A stretch of 63,590 nt of DNA, counting the filler, from Basidiobolus ranarum (lineage: Eukaryota): assembly GCA_040143965.1 (NCBI GenBank). It is 20 parts of 20 records of this genome, joined end to end, with 100 filler letters (N's around TTAATTAATTAA, not from the genome) between each part and the next. Parts side by side here need not be neighbours in the genome. Positions count along the whole stretch, not along the records: positions 1 to 3,097 come from JASJQH010009608.1; positions 3,198 to 6,292 come from JASJQH010009609.1; positions 6,393 to 9,486 come from JASJQH010009610.1; positions 9,587 to 12,679 come from JASJQH010009611.1; 16 more parts are not named here. One strand, given 5' to 3'. Made by a program: the position numbers and the translations under genes. Below, one piece after another: positions 1 through 11,804 of this stretch. The notes under the pieces were generated by a model. That model had not been told where the DNA came from. It ran no database searches and worked only from the letters and a program-made list of their open reading frames with translations. Within the stretch, counting starts at the first letter, position 1. Each line of letters starts with the position of its first letter.

Positions 1-1070
1 CAATCGGAGTTGCTACCGATAAATGAATATAGATTATTTGGGGTTGATTCGGGATATGGGAATATAGTAGATGATGAAGAGGCGATGTTGCTTTGTGAAA
101 GTCCTCTTTCAAGTAACCGATTAATCCTAACCCTATTATCGTTTGACAATCCGTGCACATAGTCAACATCACACCTACCCTGTGGAGAGGCAGCGCCTAC
201 AACCCAATCGCACCTCTAAAGGGCCGATATATATGAACTCTAACTTGATTGGCCTTGGGATACAAAACCCCCGTAATGTTTGGCACTCTAGGTGATGTTA
301 GTTGGTGAGCAATGGGCCATTCGCAAATCGTAAATTTCCTCCATCATCAATCCATTTCTTGATAAATACGATCTTGGGAAGGAATCAAATGGTAACTGTG
401 GGTACGCATTTAAACGTAACCGCTCACCCATGATAGCACAAACCAGTGTTCTTCACTCTGGCCAAACATAGTCATGTAGATTGTCTCATGATATCCACAA
501 GTGTGTAACTGAAATATGCAGCACCACTATGTTAGGTGGGTTTGACATCAACAAAGGGCTGTGATAGCGCACATGAATGAGTGGCGAAAAATCAATTGTC
601 ACTATTATGCATTCCAGTGGGCACGACCCTCTAGTGCCTCTCGAATGATATAATGAAGCTGAAACCCAGCTCTAGATGAATTTCATTTTCACCACCAACA
701 AGGTGCCTAGATTTGTCCAGTAGGGCATCTGTGATACAATCAACACAAATGAGTTCTAATATCACCGACAGTGTCTTGTGATGAAAATCACCCCCGGGAA
801 CTAGTTGCAACCTGCTTTGGAACCGGAACCCTGTACCTTTAATTTGACCAAATCTTGCAGTGGATCCGTTTCACAATCGCTTAATTTCGTTTAGGTAATT
901 GGAATGTACTTCATAAGGTGATACGTAATGGATTCAAACTCACTTATCTGACATAGCTACCCCCAACAAATCACATTCGTTGTTCTCAATGAAGTTAATT
1001 ATAGGACGATTCGCGCATCACTGCACATTTGCGTGATTTGAGAACTGCCAAGGTTAGGAAATAGGTATGT
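1..1070 (+). ncRNA. Candidate telomerase RNA (TER), possibly 5'-truncated
   Basis: Template-like CCTAACCCTA at 126-135. Helix 2-14/112-122 ends 3 nt 5' of it. Nested helices at 137-146/641-650, 162-177/533-546, 276-284/461-469 and 304-310/422-428. TTTC-ATTTTCA (681-691) pairs with TGAAAAT (782-788). Distal helices at 861-870/927-936 and 982-989/1038-1045. GTATGT at 1065-1070. No ORF in the track, CpG retained, and G-U pairs favour the + strand. Confidence 0.55.
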
Positions 1071-1369
1071 GTAATGCATATTGGCAAGAATAACATCGAG
1101 AAAAGCGAAGAAACACAGAATTTGAGCTTCCCTATCAAAGTGCAAATCTTTACATAAATTCAAGTACTAGGATATTCATTGAGATTATAAGTGATGGACA
1201 CAACAAATACGCAGGCTGACTAAGATTTAAATTATTGGGAATGGGAATGTTACAGGATACTAGTGTTTTTTGTAAATGTTGGTATTTCCATTATGACTAA
1301 ATTTTTAGCACCTAATATACTGCACTTAGGTGTTTAATTCTAGTGCTTGATACAGTTGAAATCAAAAAG

Positions 1370-1780
1370 AAAATGCTAAAACCATTCAACTTCTTAATAA
1401 TTAATAAATGTGGTGCTATATCACTGTTAAGAAATCTAATACTAATCTACTCTAGTAGCTCTTGCTCAGCAGTTGGTTCAATTATTAATACATGGAATAT
1501 ACCTCTAACATTTCAATCAACAGTATTTAGAGAGTTCAAATCTTTTTCTATTAGGGCTTGTACAAAATGCCCTGAAGTGTAATCTATAGGATGAATGGGA
1601 TATGATCATGATATTGGTAGGAAAGTCCTACTTGTTTTTGTAGCTTGGTATTCTCAAAATATTTATGATGAAAAGATATCAAAGGATTGAACAAATGGAC
1701 TTGGATACGGAAAATGGTAGTGATATACTTCAACGCCATCTCTAAGAGTCATCCAATATACATGCCATTTTCGTATTTGA
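1370..1780 (-). pseudogene. Possible decayed coding sequence, product unknown
   Basis: One minus frame reads QIRKWHVYWMTLRDGVEVYHYHFPYPSPFVQSFDIFSS*IF*EYQ...HFVQALIEKDLNSLNTVD*NVRGIFHVLIIEPTAEQELLE*, with isolated stops. No family recognised. Confidence 0.25.
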
Positions 1781-2909
1781 AATATTTAACAAATAGATAT
1801 TGTGCAAGATAAGCATTAGCTATAAGTGTCAGCCACAGGTTTCTCAATAGAACTAAGACTTCAAGAACTAGCTTAAGTCTATACGAATACAAAAGCGCAA
1901 GAAATGCTGATATCACCAAGGAGCGTATCTCGATCATAATGGATTTTGCACATTTATATAATAAGTTATACTTACTGAGTACGTAGGACAGCAAGATAAA
2001 TCTAGAACAAAGCTATATAGAGATTTATATGTAGGACAGCTACAATCACTTTCTTGAAATACCATCATATGTTGCATTGACAGCTATAAATTCAATACAT
2101 CTGATAATAAGCAGCTAATAGTTATCACAATACAAGTATCTCATTTAGAGTAACCAAATTGCGCCAATGAGCTATCAATTATTACAACCTTAGAGGTATA
2201 ACGTGTTACGCAGCTGCACCATTTTAAGTATATTGTCAAAATGCCAACGAAGCATACTTCACTTCGATTGATCATTATTAATCATACATTCGACTAAAGA
2301 GTGTCCCCGTACTCGAAGTATTCGATGGAATAGACTGAGGAAGAATAGCGAAGTCTAGTCAATATTAAAATGGGGTATTAAGTACCAATTGGTCGTATAA
2401 ACTGGTTTAATCATAGACCGGTCCTATCGGACCGGAGGTTATCGGAACTTCGCTTTAAGAATGCAAGATTGAGCCGCCAATTATTTAGATTGCTTCAACC
2501 AGTACTAAATATACAGCAATTTGAGATAAAGTAAATGAAAGTCCCATGGATTGCCTATCTTCAATGATTATACGACATAGATACGGATTTTGTATAAATA
2601 TTGAAATAGAATACATTCTAATAATAGCCGTATGATTCTGCATTGATTTAATCTCGTTTCACCACTAGGAATCGAAACCTGACCATGTCTCTCTTGGCTA
2701 TTATATACTCAATGGATTATACAATAGTTAGATCGCCTTGGATTGGATTGGCTACTTTAGATGAGCAATTCTATGTCACAGTATAATAAAGTTCCGAGTC
2801 ACATGATCGAAATTGCGGAGAGCGATGATAATCATTAAGGAGATGACCAAAAAAAAGGTTGCTACATTTAATTGAATATTAGAAGAGTGCCACCACATCC
2901 AACTCAAAT

Positions 2910-3097
2910 ATGACCTACTCGAGAATAATCAAAACAGCTTTGCCAACGTTCGCTAGAGCGCCCACATATTCCAAAAGGTCTGGCTTTATTTCACGATCAA
3001 CTCATATCTCTTCTAAAAGTACCGAAATTGCTGGTTATCCCCCCAAACCCCGACAAAATGATCAGAGCAAGTGTGAAGATCTAGCAAGCAGTAGGTT
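2910..3097 (+). CDS. 5' end of a gene, possible mitochondrial presequence (truncated by contig end)
   Basis: ATG followed by MTYSRIIKTALPTFARAPTYSKRSGFISRSTHISSKST: R/K/S/T-rich with no acidic residue in the first 38 aa. The frame is open to the contig end. Confidence 0.4.
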
Positions 3098-3197
3098 NNN
3101 NNNNNNNNNNNNNNNNNNNNNNNNNNNNNNNNNNNNNNNNNTTAATTAATTAANNNNNNNNNNNNNNNNNNNNNNNNNNNNNNNNNNNNNNNNNNNN
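3098..3197. other. Artificial contig spacer (first of 19)
   Basis: 44 N + TTAATTAATTAA + 44 N. Others start at 6293, 9487, 12680, 15870, 19060, 22249, 25436, 28622, 31808, 34993, 38176, 41357, 44537, 47716, 50895, 54072, 57246 and 60419. Contig lengths fall from 3097 to 3072. Confidence 0.99.
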
Positions 3198-3696
3198 AGC
3201 CTAAAATATATAAATAAAGAACGCATCTTAATTCAAATTCCTACAGCAGTAAACCCAGTAATTTGGCATTACAAAATTTTTTTTTCGAAAAAATTGGTGG
3301 ATTTTGAATAATGCATGCCAAATTTGAGGATTAATATTTTAACATGCACAAATACCATCAAAATACCGTCAATAAACCACTGTTACACCTTCAAAATCCA
3401 AAAGACAAAAAAAAGACAAGCATATTAATTCGAATTTCTACAGTAGTAAACCCAGTAATTTGCCATTTGAAAATTAGATTTTTGCAAATGTTCCCAAAAA
3501 TTAAATAACACATGCCAAATATGAGGATCAATATATTAACATGTATAAATACCATTAAAAAAGTCAGGAAACACCCATCACATCATCAAAATACCTGGCA
3601 GAATGCAAGCCACCAACATTGTGATAGCTCTCTGACAGTTTTATGATCCCAAAGGGTGGATCTGAGATAAATCAAATGATTTTATTTTTGTTAGGG
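3198..3696 (+). mobile_element. CACTA/EnSpm element right end (partly duplicated subterminal block)
   Basis: Ends in TTTATTTTTGTTAGGG like 56313. The CAGTAAACCCAGTAATTTG block occurs twice. Confidence 0.8.
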
Positions 3697-4600
3697 ATAG
3701 ATTAAAACCAGAATAATGATGATAATAGCATTCCAGTGGACCCTTCAACTAAAACTTTACCTACTGAAGTGCCCAATACAATGCCAGATGTTGTAATACC
3801 TTTATCCCAAACCAGGAGATCAAATTGGATTGGAAATAGCCTTGATTAATCTCTCAATAACTCCCAAATTTGGGCCTATGCCTGCACAGCTCAAATACAT
3901 GAGCCCCAGACTGTGAAAGAGGCCCTGAATGGCCTTCACACAAGATTTTGGGGATCTGCAATGGCTGAGCATACCAGGCTTTGATTGATAACTAAACTTG
4001 AGTTTAAACCAACTTACCTGATGGTAGAATATCAATTGGCTCCAATGGGTTGTTATAGTTAAATACTACTTGTTTGGCAATATAGAAAGATACAAGGTTG
4101 GACTAGAAGCCAAAGGCAATTCCTAAACACCAGGAACAGATTATGCAGACACGTTTGGTCCTGTAGCCAAGTTTAATTCAATCAGATTGATTTTGGCAAT
4201 TTTAGCCAAATAGCTCTATTTTATATAGCAAATGGAAGTCAAAGCTGCTTTTTTGAATGGTGAGCTTGCCAAGGAGTTTTATATGCACCAGCCAGATGCA
4301 TATGTGGACCCAAAACCCTAAAACAGTTTGCAGACTCTGGAAAACACTCTGTTGCTTAAAACAATCTCCAAGAGCTTGCAATAGCAAGATATACACTATG
4401 TTGAAAACACACACATTCCACAAGAGTAATACTGAATATAATACCTACTTCAAGCCAGATAAGACAAAGCCAGTCTATTAACCCTATATGTAGATGACCT
4501 TATTGCAGCAATCCATGGCTTGATGGCTTTGGAGAAAACCAACTCTAGCCTATCTGCCAAATTCAAAATAACTGAACTTGGTGAACTGATTTACCATTTG
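3697..4600 (+). mobile_element. Degenerate Ty1/copia reverse transcriptase fragment
   Basis: Disrupted frames with ERYK..L.AKG, TFGPVAKFNSIR, LKQSPRA and LYVDDL motifs. Similar to 60900-61690. Confidence 0.85.
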
Positions 4601-6138
4601 AATTAAAATTACTTAATCAACACTTTTCCAGCTATTTAGTGGATACCCTGCAACATGGTGCTACTTGGTATTATTTTCCTCCCATATACCTGCATGGTCA
4701 ACACAAGACTGAATGTCAAGTTAAATTTTTTTTCTCTGAAGCCACTTTGTGTGTACTTACTCTGCATTTTTCCCTTCATACTTTTGAAAATTATCTTCAA
4801 AATGCTTTACCACTATTGAAATAGAAAACAAAACTCCATCATTTTACCATTAAGAGCTGGTGAGATTTCAACATGATCACTGATATCAATTCACTAAATA
4901 GTCAGTTTAACTTAAAACTTGGTATTAGCCACAAGCCTAAGATTATTTTGCTGAAGAAGATCAGCTGGAGCTAGAGCTTCCCATTAGGTATTGTGTACCT
5001 ACAAGTCAACAATATTCCAATACATCTTACTCAGTTATATAGTGGAAAATTCAATACAAATGAGCCATTTGAGACAGAATCAAAGGTTGAATCAATTTGG
5101 AAAATGTTTGAAAACATCAAGATACCATATTACCTTACATTCTGTGAGTTCCCAATGGAGTGCACCTGTAGTGAAATGATGCTCCATGTGAAATCATCAG
5201 TAGTACCAAATGCTAATCTGATGACAATGTATCAGCAAAATCAGTTATGGATGTAATGAGATGGGATAAGGGGACTCCAGAGTATATTGACCTTCCAACA
5301 ATGGGCCCTTTTCAATGTGCTCATGGGTTGCTGCACTATTTGAGCACAAAAACAGCAACAAAACCCATCCCATGGACTCCAAGTAAGTACTGCAAGAATT
5401 TGGACTAATTTGTTTGTGTAATAATTTGATAGTGTTTCTTGGGAAGCTGCAAGACAGACTTCTGTGTGAGATATATTGCAATATGCAGTATTATTGTTTT
5501 AGCCATGGGTAATCTATTCAAGCAATGACACATTTACTTGTGGCAGGACATTTATGGGCTTTGAGTTTGTAATATTTTGGCTGAATATTTTAGTGCATTT
5601 TGCAAAATCAAAGAACTTCTTCTCATTTTCAATGGTAACTGGAGTCAGCTATTTGCCAAGTTTCAGTGCCATTCAAAATTTCAGATATTTAGCAACTTTT
5701 CCTCTGTTAGTTTGCCAGTAAAGCATGCTGATGTTGTTTGGTTATGTCAGCTCAGTCAAGAATGTGCATATGTACAGACTAAATGTAACAAGATTCTTGT
5801 TTTTTTTTATTCATGTTATGGCAGGAATACAAAGCCTGCAATATCTCAATAAAGGCTTGCTTATTAATTTGAGTTCCTACAGCAGTAAACCTAGTAGTTT
5901 GTGATTCAAAAATCAGTTTTTTGTGAAGATTATTTGAAAAAAAATAACAGATGCCAAATATGAGGATGAATATGCTAGTATGTATGAATACTATCAAAAT
6001 ACTGTCCAGAAACTGCAGTTCAACCATCAAAATCCGTGGCAGAATGCAAGCCACCAATGTTTCAATGGTTCTCTGATGGTTTTGCAATCTACAAGGGTGG
6101 TTCCAATCCCAATCAAATACATTTAACTTTTTTTAGGG
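4600..6138 (+). mobile_element. Internally deleted CACTA/EnSpm transposase remnant plus right end
   Basis: NNIPIHLTQLYSGKFN and EFPMEC are shared with 54172-56313. Terminates in TTTTAGGG. Confidence 0.8.
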
Positions 6139-6392
6139 CTTTAGGGTCTTTGTGAAATGGGAGCAAGCCTATAGAAATGTTTAAGGACTGATAAACCTCA
6201 ATGTAATGTCCAGCTTTCGTATGGGTTGCCTCTATTGTAGAGGAGGTTGAGAGCAAAAGCAAGATTGAGATTCAAGCAAAATCCAATTAGGGNNNNNNNN
6301 NNNNNNNNNNNNNNNNNNNNNNNNNNNNNNNNNNNNTTAATTAATTAANNNNNNNNNNNNNNNNNNNNNNNNNNNNNNNNNNNNNNNNNNNN

Positions 6393-9087
6393 ACTATCGG
6401 TACTGTTTCTCACATTATCATCTCTAGTAGCAGTAAGATTCCTCCACCCACTCTTGACAGATTCGACTGTGTGAGATAGCACGTTATCTTTCGATGGTTG
6501 CTCAGAAAGATGGATAACCTTGTCGATCTGATTAGAGTTCAGGCTTGAGGTGGCAGCTTCTTCAATCATTTTATCAGTAGAGCTCTTTCGTGTCATACCG
6601 AATAGTCCACCAATGCTTGCACCAATGGCTGACCCACCCAGCACTTCAGTAATTCTACTATCAGTACTGCTTGCCACATTATCATCTCCAGTAGTAGTAA
6701 GATTCCTCCACTCACTCTTGACAGATTCGACTGTGTGAGCTATCACGTTATCTTTCGATGGTTGCTCTGAAGGATGGACAACCTCGTCGATCTGATTAGA
6801 GTTCAGGCTTGAGGTGGCAGCTTCAACTATTTTATCGGTAGAGCTCTTTCGTGTCGCTCCAAGAAGGCCTGCACCAATGGCAGTACCTCTTAGTATTCCT
6901 GAAACTCCTTTGTCAACAGTGCTTTTCGCATTCTCGTCATCAGTTCTATTGAGACAAACTAACTCACTCTTAATTGGTTTAACAGAGGGAGATATGGCGT
7001 CTGCTTCCAACAACCTGCTTGAAGGATAGAGTAACACGTCTATCTGTTTCGAGGACGAATTAGCGGTAGCAGCATCTTCGGCCTTTTCATTCTTTTGTTT
7101 TCTACTGAATATAGTGCCAATACCACCACCTATTGCTGCTCCACCAAACAATTCGGTCATACTCTTGTTAGCGTCACTTTCACTCTCAATTTCATTTGCT
7201 TTGGTAAAATCATTCAACTCGCTCTTTACTGATTCGACTGTATTCGAAATTATACCACCTTCTAGTAGCTTGACAGGATGAGGCAGTACTTTATCTAGGT
7301 AGTCTGAATGAAGGCTAACTGTGGCTGCTCGCATAATCATACCATCAGATAAGCCTTGAGTACCTATATTCAAACATGGTTCTGGTAATTGAGATTCGGC
7401 TGATAGGCTTACTGCTCTGTCAATCGGATATTGATCTGAATATGTAGTCAAAGGCGTGACATCATCTGAATTGTCCCCCTGAACATGTAGCGTGTCAATG
7501 CCAGGGTTTAAAGTATCTCTTTCTACAACCTTGCTTTGACCAAAAATAGGTGAAATATCGGTCGTTAGGCGGTGAGATATGAAAGATACATCAGTATCTT
7601 GTGAACTCCTTTGTGCAGATCGAAAATGATCGGATTTATCAGATATTGGTCCATGAGTGCTAATTGATTTAACAATATCTGTATCTTTATCGACCATTTC
7701 GGATACGGGCTCAATTACATCGTGATGCTGTGGAATTGATGTTTCGAAGGAATTTTTCGAAAAATCATGAACTCTACTATTTTCCATGACCTCCTCCCAT
7801 GCTGATATAGAACCAACCTCTGGTGATGTGAAGGTTGGTAAATTCATATTCGATGTTAATACGTCTCGAGATGTATATTCAGTTTTGTCATCGCCAGGAC
7901 GTTGATGTATTGATGGTTCATCCAACTCATGCTCGATACCTTGAAAATACGTATTTGACTCACTCCTTGCGGTTACCTGATTATTGAACATTAGAAAATA
8001 CCTTATCAACCTTGAACCATGTAGTGCTACATACCTGCTCCTCCATCGTCAATTTTTTCTGTGTTTCCTGATGAGTTAATTTACTCATTTGATTGTCTTC
8101 CTCTGTAGCAGTATCTGGTCCAATACCTCCACCAATATTCAAATTTTTTAGCGAATTATTAGCTTTTTGAGAGATTTCGTTTGAATAGTTAGCAATAGCA
8201 GTTGCTTTATGGTTGTCTAATTCATTCAAATTCGTTGATTCTGGAAACAAGTCCCCTTCATATTCGATTGCGTTGATTTCAGAAGGATGATGAGTCCCAA
8301 GCGATTTATCTGTGGTTGACAAACTGGATGTTTTATCGACATTTTTTGAAGATGATCCATTATCGTCCTGCTCTTTAAGATTTATTCCAGGCATTCTCAA
8401 GCTTCCTGCAGGGCGTGCTGGTACTTTGGGACTTGAAGCACTTGCGGGATTTGGCATAGTTCTCGTAGATGTAGACTCTTGCTGTATAGGGCTATATGCC
8501 GTCGTTTTTGCGGTTGATTTCCGTTTGGAGAGGGGAAGCTTTCCCTTAAAGAAACCTGCACTAGAACGTCTACTTTGGCTTTTCTCCTGTGCAACTGTAC
8601 CTGACATTGACTGATTGATCTCTTTTGTGGCCACTCTGGACGACGACGCATTTGGAATCGAGACAAATGTTGGAAAGTTACGAAAGTTGGATTCAGTAGC
8701 GCTTGGGCTATCAAGGAAACTACCTTCGGTATTTTCAATTAGTTCTGTATGTTCCATAACAGGAGAACTAGATGGTGATGGGTAGCTTCCTGGGATGGGA
8801 GATTGACGGTAGGAAGCCAGGTTACTCGGGAAGTGAGTTGGTGTAACATTTTCACCTTCAAACTTACTAGAATCCAGATAGTTAACCTGTTTAGATTCGA
8901 CTTTATCGCCTTTTGTTGGTTTAAAAGCATCGATTCCCGGCTGATCGGGGTTGGTAATAAGTTCTTCATTGGAAAATGGGTTGGAAACTAGGTTCCAGAG
9001 GCTCTTGCGGATAGCTTTACCTTTATTTCTTGCATGTTGAGATGGCTGTGATGAATCGTCAAGAGCTTTATCAGTTCTTTGACTCAT
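6393..9087 (-). CDS. Large S/T/D/E-rich protein with ~85-88-aa tandem repeats (3' truncated)
   Basis: ATG 9087; exon 9087-8035; phase-0 intron 8034-7977 (GTATGT..CTAAT..CAG); exon 7976 to contig end. This joins the 375- and 554-aa ORFs. CpG retained. Confidence 0.85.
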
Positions 9088-9586
9088 AATTCGAACTTTC
9101 AGTTCCAAACAATAGTTGATAATACAAGAGAAAAAAACAAAATTTGGTTTGTTAGAGGTTCAAGAAATAATCACAAATATTGCTACTGTTAGGAACCACA
9201 CCAGCAATACTCGTTTTATATTTCCAATTTTATGATTCACGATTAGGTCAGCTCATTAAGAACTACTTCGCCCGAATCTCATGAAACGTTTTTTGATACA
9301 TCCTATTCTCAAGATCAGTCTTGGCTCGATGCTTCTCATTGGACTTGATGACTTTCTTGATCTGATCGGCCACCGGTAAGGATGAAGTCACCCGGCCACT
9401 TACTGAGTCTCTGGGGATTGGCTGAGAGATCTCAGAATTGATCAGAGAGATTGACCATTGGCCGAACTATCGAGAAATGGTACCACNNNNNNNNNNNNNN
9501 NNNNNNNNNNNNNNNNNNNNNNNNNNNNNNTTAATTAATTAANNNNNNNNNNNNNNNNNNNNNNNNNNNNNNNNNNNNNNNNNNNN

Positions 9587-9650
9587 CATTTATAGAATTC
9601 AATATACATTTATAGAATTCAATACACATTTATATAATTCACTACACATT
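9587..9650. repeat. 20-bp minisatellite, ~3 copies, at contig end
   Basis: CATTTATAGAATTCAATATA unit. Confidence 0.8.
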
Positions 9651-10280
9651 GGTACCTTTATGGTGTTCTATATGCCGATCACATCTTATTATTCTGTAGC
9701 GTTACATTTGTTTAGTATTCACTATTCTCCTTTTAATAACCCTAATAGCTTACTGAGTTTACATCAGATAATTTTTTTCATTATCTGATTTTTAACTTCC
9801 AAATCTGATAATGAGTTGATAACAATAGGTAATCTTTGTATTACCAAATGAAATTATTCTCACCGACACTCACCCAAAGCTCACTCACTACATCCTTTTA
9901 CGTTCGTTGACTGTAAAGTATATATGTATTATCAAGAAAATGAAAATTTCAAAAAGGTGTTATCTGATCAAATCATGTTAGTTTACCAAGATTATTACCT
10001 TATAAGATTTTACCTGATTGCGCAAGTGAAACAGAAGAGAGAATAACTGGAACTAGATACTTCAGATGTTATTATCACATGCTAGGTAAATGATACAGCT
10101 AAATTGGAACAGCCTTGCTTTAATATGCATCAAAGTGCTATGTGTAGAAATAAGTGAAGAGCACCTAAGTGACACAGTAGGTTAGCATCTTGTTATACTA
10201 TGATATCAGTAAAAGGATCACTCTATTGTCTGGACAAGTAACATACTTCGAGGTGGCAACAACATGATACCTACTATTCT

Positions 10281-10288
10281 TATAAAAG
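10281..10288 (+). promoter_or_regulatory. TATA box of secreted protein copy 1
   Basis: TATAAAAG 53 nt before the ATG. The equivalent TATAAAAT at 11750 precedes copy 2. Confidence 0.6.
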
Positions 10289-10333
10289 AGAAAACATTCT
10301 ACTTAAAATGTATCCAAGCAGTTCGGTTTCATC

Positions 10334-10766
10334 ATGTCTTCAAAGGTCTTCTGTCTTCTTCTTTCTGTCTTGGGTGCCATGAGCGTCATTGATGCTGCCC
10401 CTGCCAACTGCTACAACATTCCTTCTGCTGGTGGTTGTATCGATGGATGTAATATGGTAGGTTCGCAATTTTCTTTAATGCGTTGAAAACTTGTATTAAC
10501 ATGTAAACATTACTTTGTCACGCTATTAGCAAGCAGGTATCCAATTGTTTGACGATTACAGCAGTGATCTTACCAGTCTTTTCTTCGTGAAATCCTTGGC
10601 TTTACAGTGCGATCGTGCAAACCCCAACTTTATCCCATTCATGACCAGTGCTGGCATTTGTATGGTTGATTGCCCTATTTCTCAACAAAGTGCTTACAAT
10701 AGCACCTATAGAGCCTCATGCAGCTGGTACAAGACCAACAAGAATGGATCCACCGGATGTAACTAA
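10334..10766 (+). CDS. Small secreted cysteine-rich protein, 119 aa (copy 1)
   Basis: Exons 10334-10456 and 10530-10766 with a 73-nt GT-AG intron. MSSKVFCLLLSVLGAMSVIDA-APANCYNIPSAGGCIDGCNMQAG...SCSWYKTNKNGSTGCN: signal peptide plus 8 Cys. Confidence 0.9.
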
Positions 10767-11804
10767 CATATCGATCGTAAGGATGAGAAATATTCCACCA
10801 TCATGTCTTGCTCATAGTGCGGTATCAATAAATGAGATTACTACAGTTCGTTAGATCGATGTACATTACTTGTTATCCAAATGGGATTTTTTCGTAGCTA
10901 ACTGACAATATCATGTTTGGAAAGCAATCGATATTAACAAATCTCAAGAACAGGTAGATACATCCATTGGATATAAAATTCAAAGACTTGTATCTTCCTT
11001 CTTGGAACCTCTAGCACTTTAGTAAACAAGCTAGTGATTTTATTACGCTATAACTAATTCATGGGGGATGGGGTGGCAAGGAAACTCTTTTCGTTGATTG
11101 ACTTCAATATCCACGCCCACTCTTTTAAGCGTAGAGGATGTTGTTGATTGAGCGTATTATACATGAGCTAGATGCCATTCCATATGGTTGCCACAACTAT
11201 CCTTTAAATCAATAATGCATTGTTTGTTTTACATTGGATAAATATCATGAATTATCTGATCTACTACTTTGGGCAACCGTTTCTAATTCTGAGCCAGATT
11301 TCTTCAACAACATGTACCGAGAATTCACCTGCTACATCCATTAATGGATGGAGTTTAATCATAGTAAGTGTTCTGCATTTCTCATTGGCCTTGTGCTCTG
11401 CGTGAGAGTGATCCTCTGTTCCGAAAGCATACTTGACATCTACCTCAAAGAGTTACACGGCAAATATGAGTTGCTAAAGGATAAATTTGAAGTGAGCTTT
11501 ATCTGATCGATTTTGACTGGTGTTTGCCTAATAAGATTGATAATACAGGTGGAACATAAGAGAGCACAATTCGAACAAGGCACTTGGAAAGTGGGCAAAG
11601 TGGATACTATGATTTCAAACAGAAAACGTGGCCATTCGCCCCAATATCACTTGTGCTCGAAGCCAAAACAGACAAATTTTCAAGTGACACTGCAGATTCT
11701 CATTTTGATATACAAGTATGCCAGTACAACTTCAATATATTTGTTTTCCTATAAAATGAGAGATACTCTTTCTACTCACAGTACATCAAAACATTCAACT
11801 CATC

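Noticed and set aside
90-110. GAAAGTCC as RNase MRP/P CR-I
   Set aside because: No matching CR-V/P4 partner downstream, and the motif lies in a local hairpin.
1-215. ~70-codon open minus-strand frame and scattered splice-like signals in 1-1050
   Set aside because: I could not splice them into a coherent protein, and the + strand RNA structure explains the region better. Not fully excluded.
2418-2435. CCGGTCC/GGACCGG inverted repeat
   Set aside because: An isolated 7-bp stem with no supporting context.
2655-2690. T-loop-like GGTTTCGATTCC on the minus strand
   Set aside because: Extra T and no cloverleaf; not a supportable tRNA.
3142-3153. Regularly spaced TTAATTAATTAA as a biological repeat or CRISPR-like array
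   Set aside because: It is an artificial six-frame-stop linker inside N runs. ORFs crossing it and any cross-contig adjacency are artefacts.
6130-6292. TTAGGG units as telomere
   Set aside because: Single units. One is the CACTA TIR, which itself begins CCCTAAC, and there is no tandem array.
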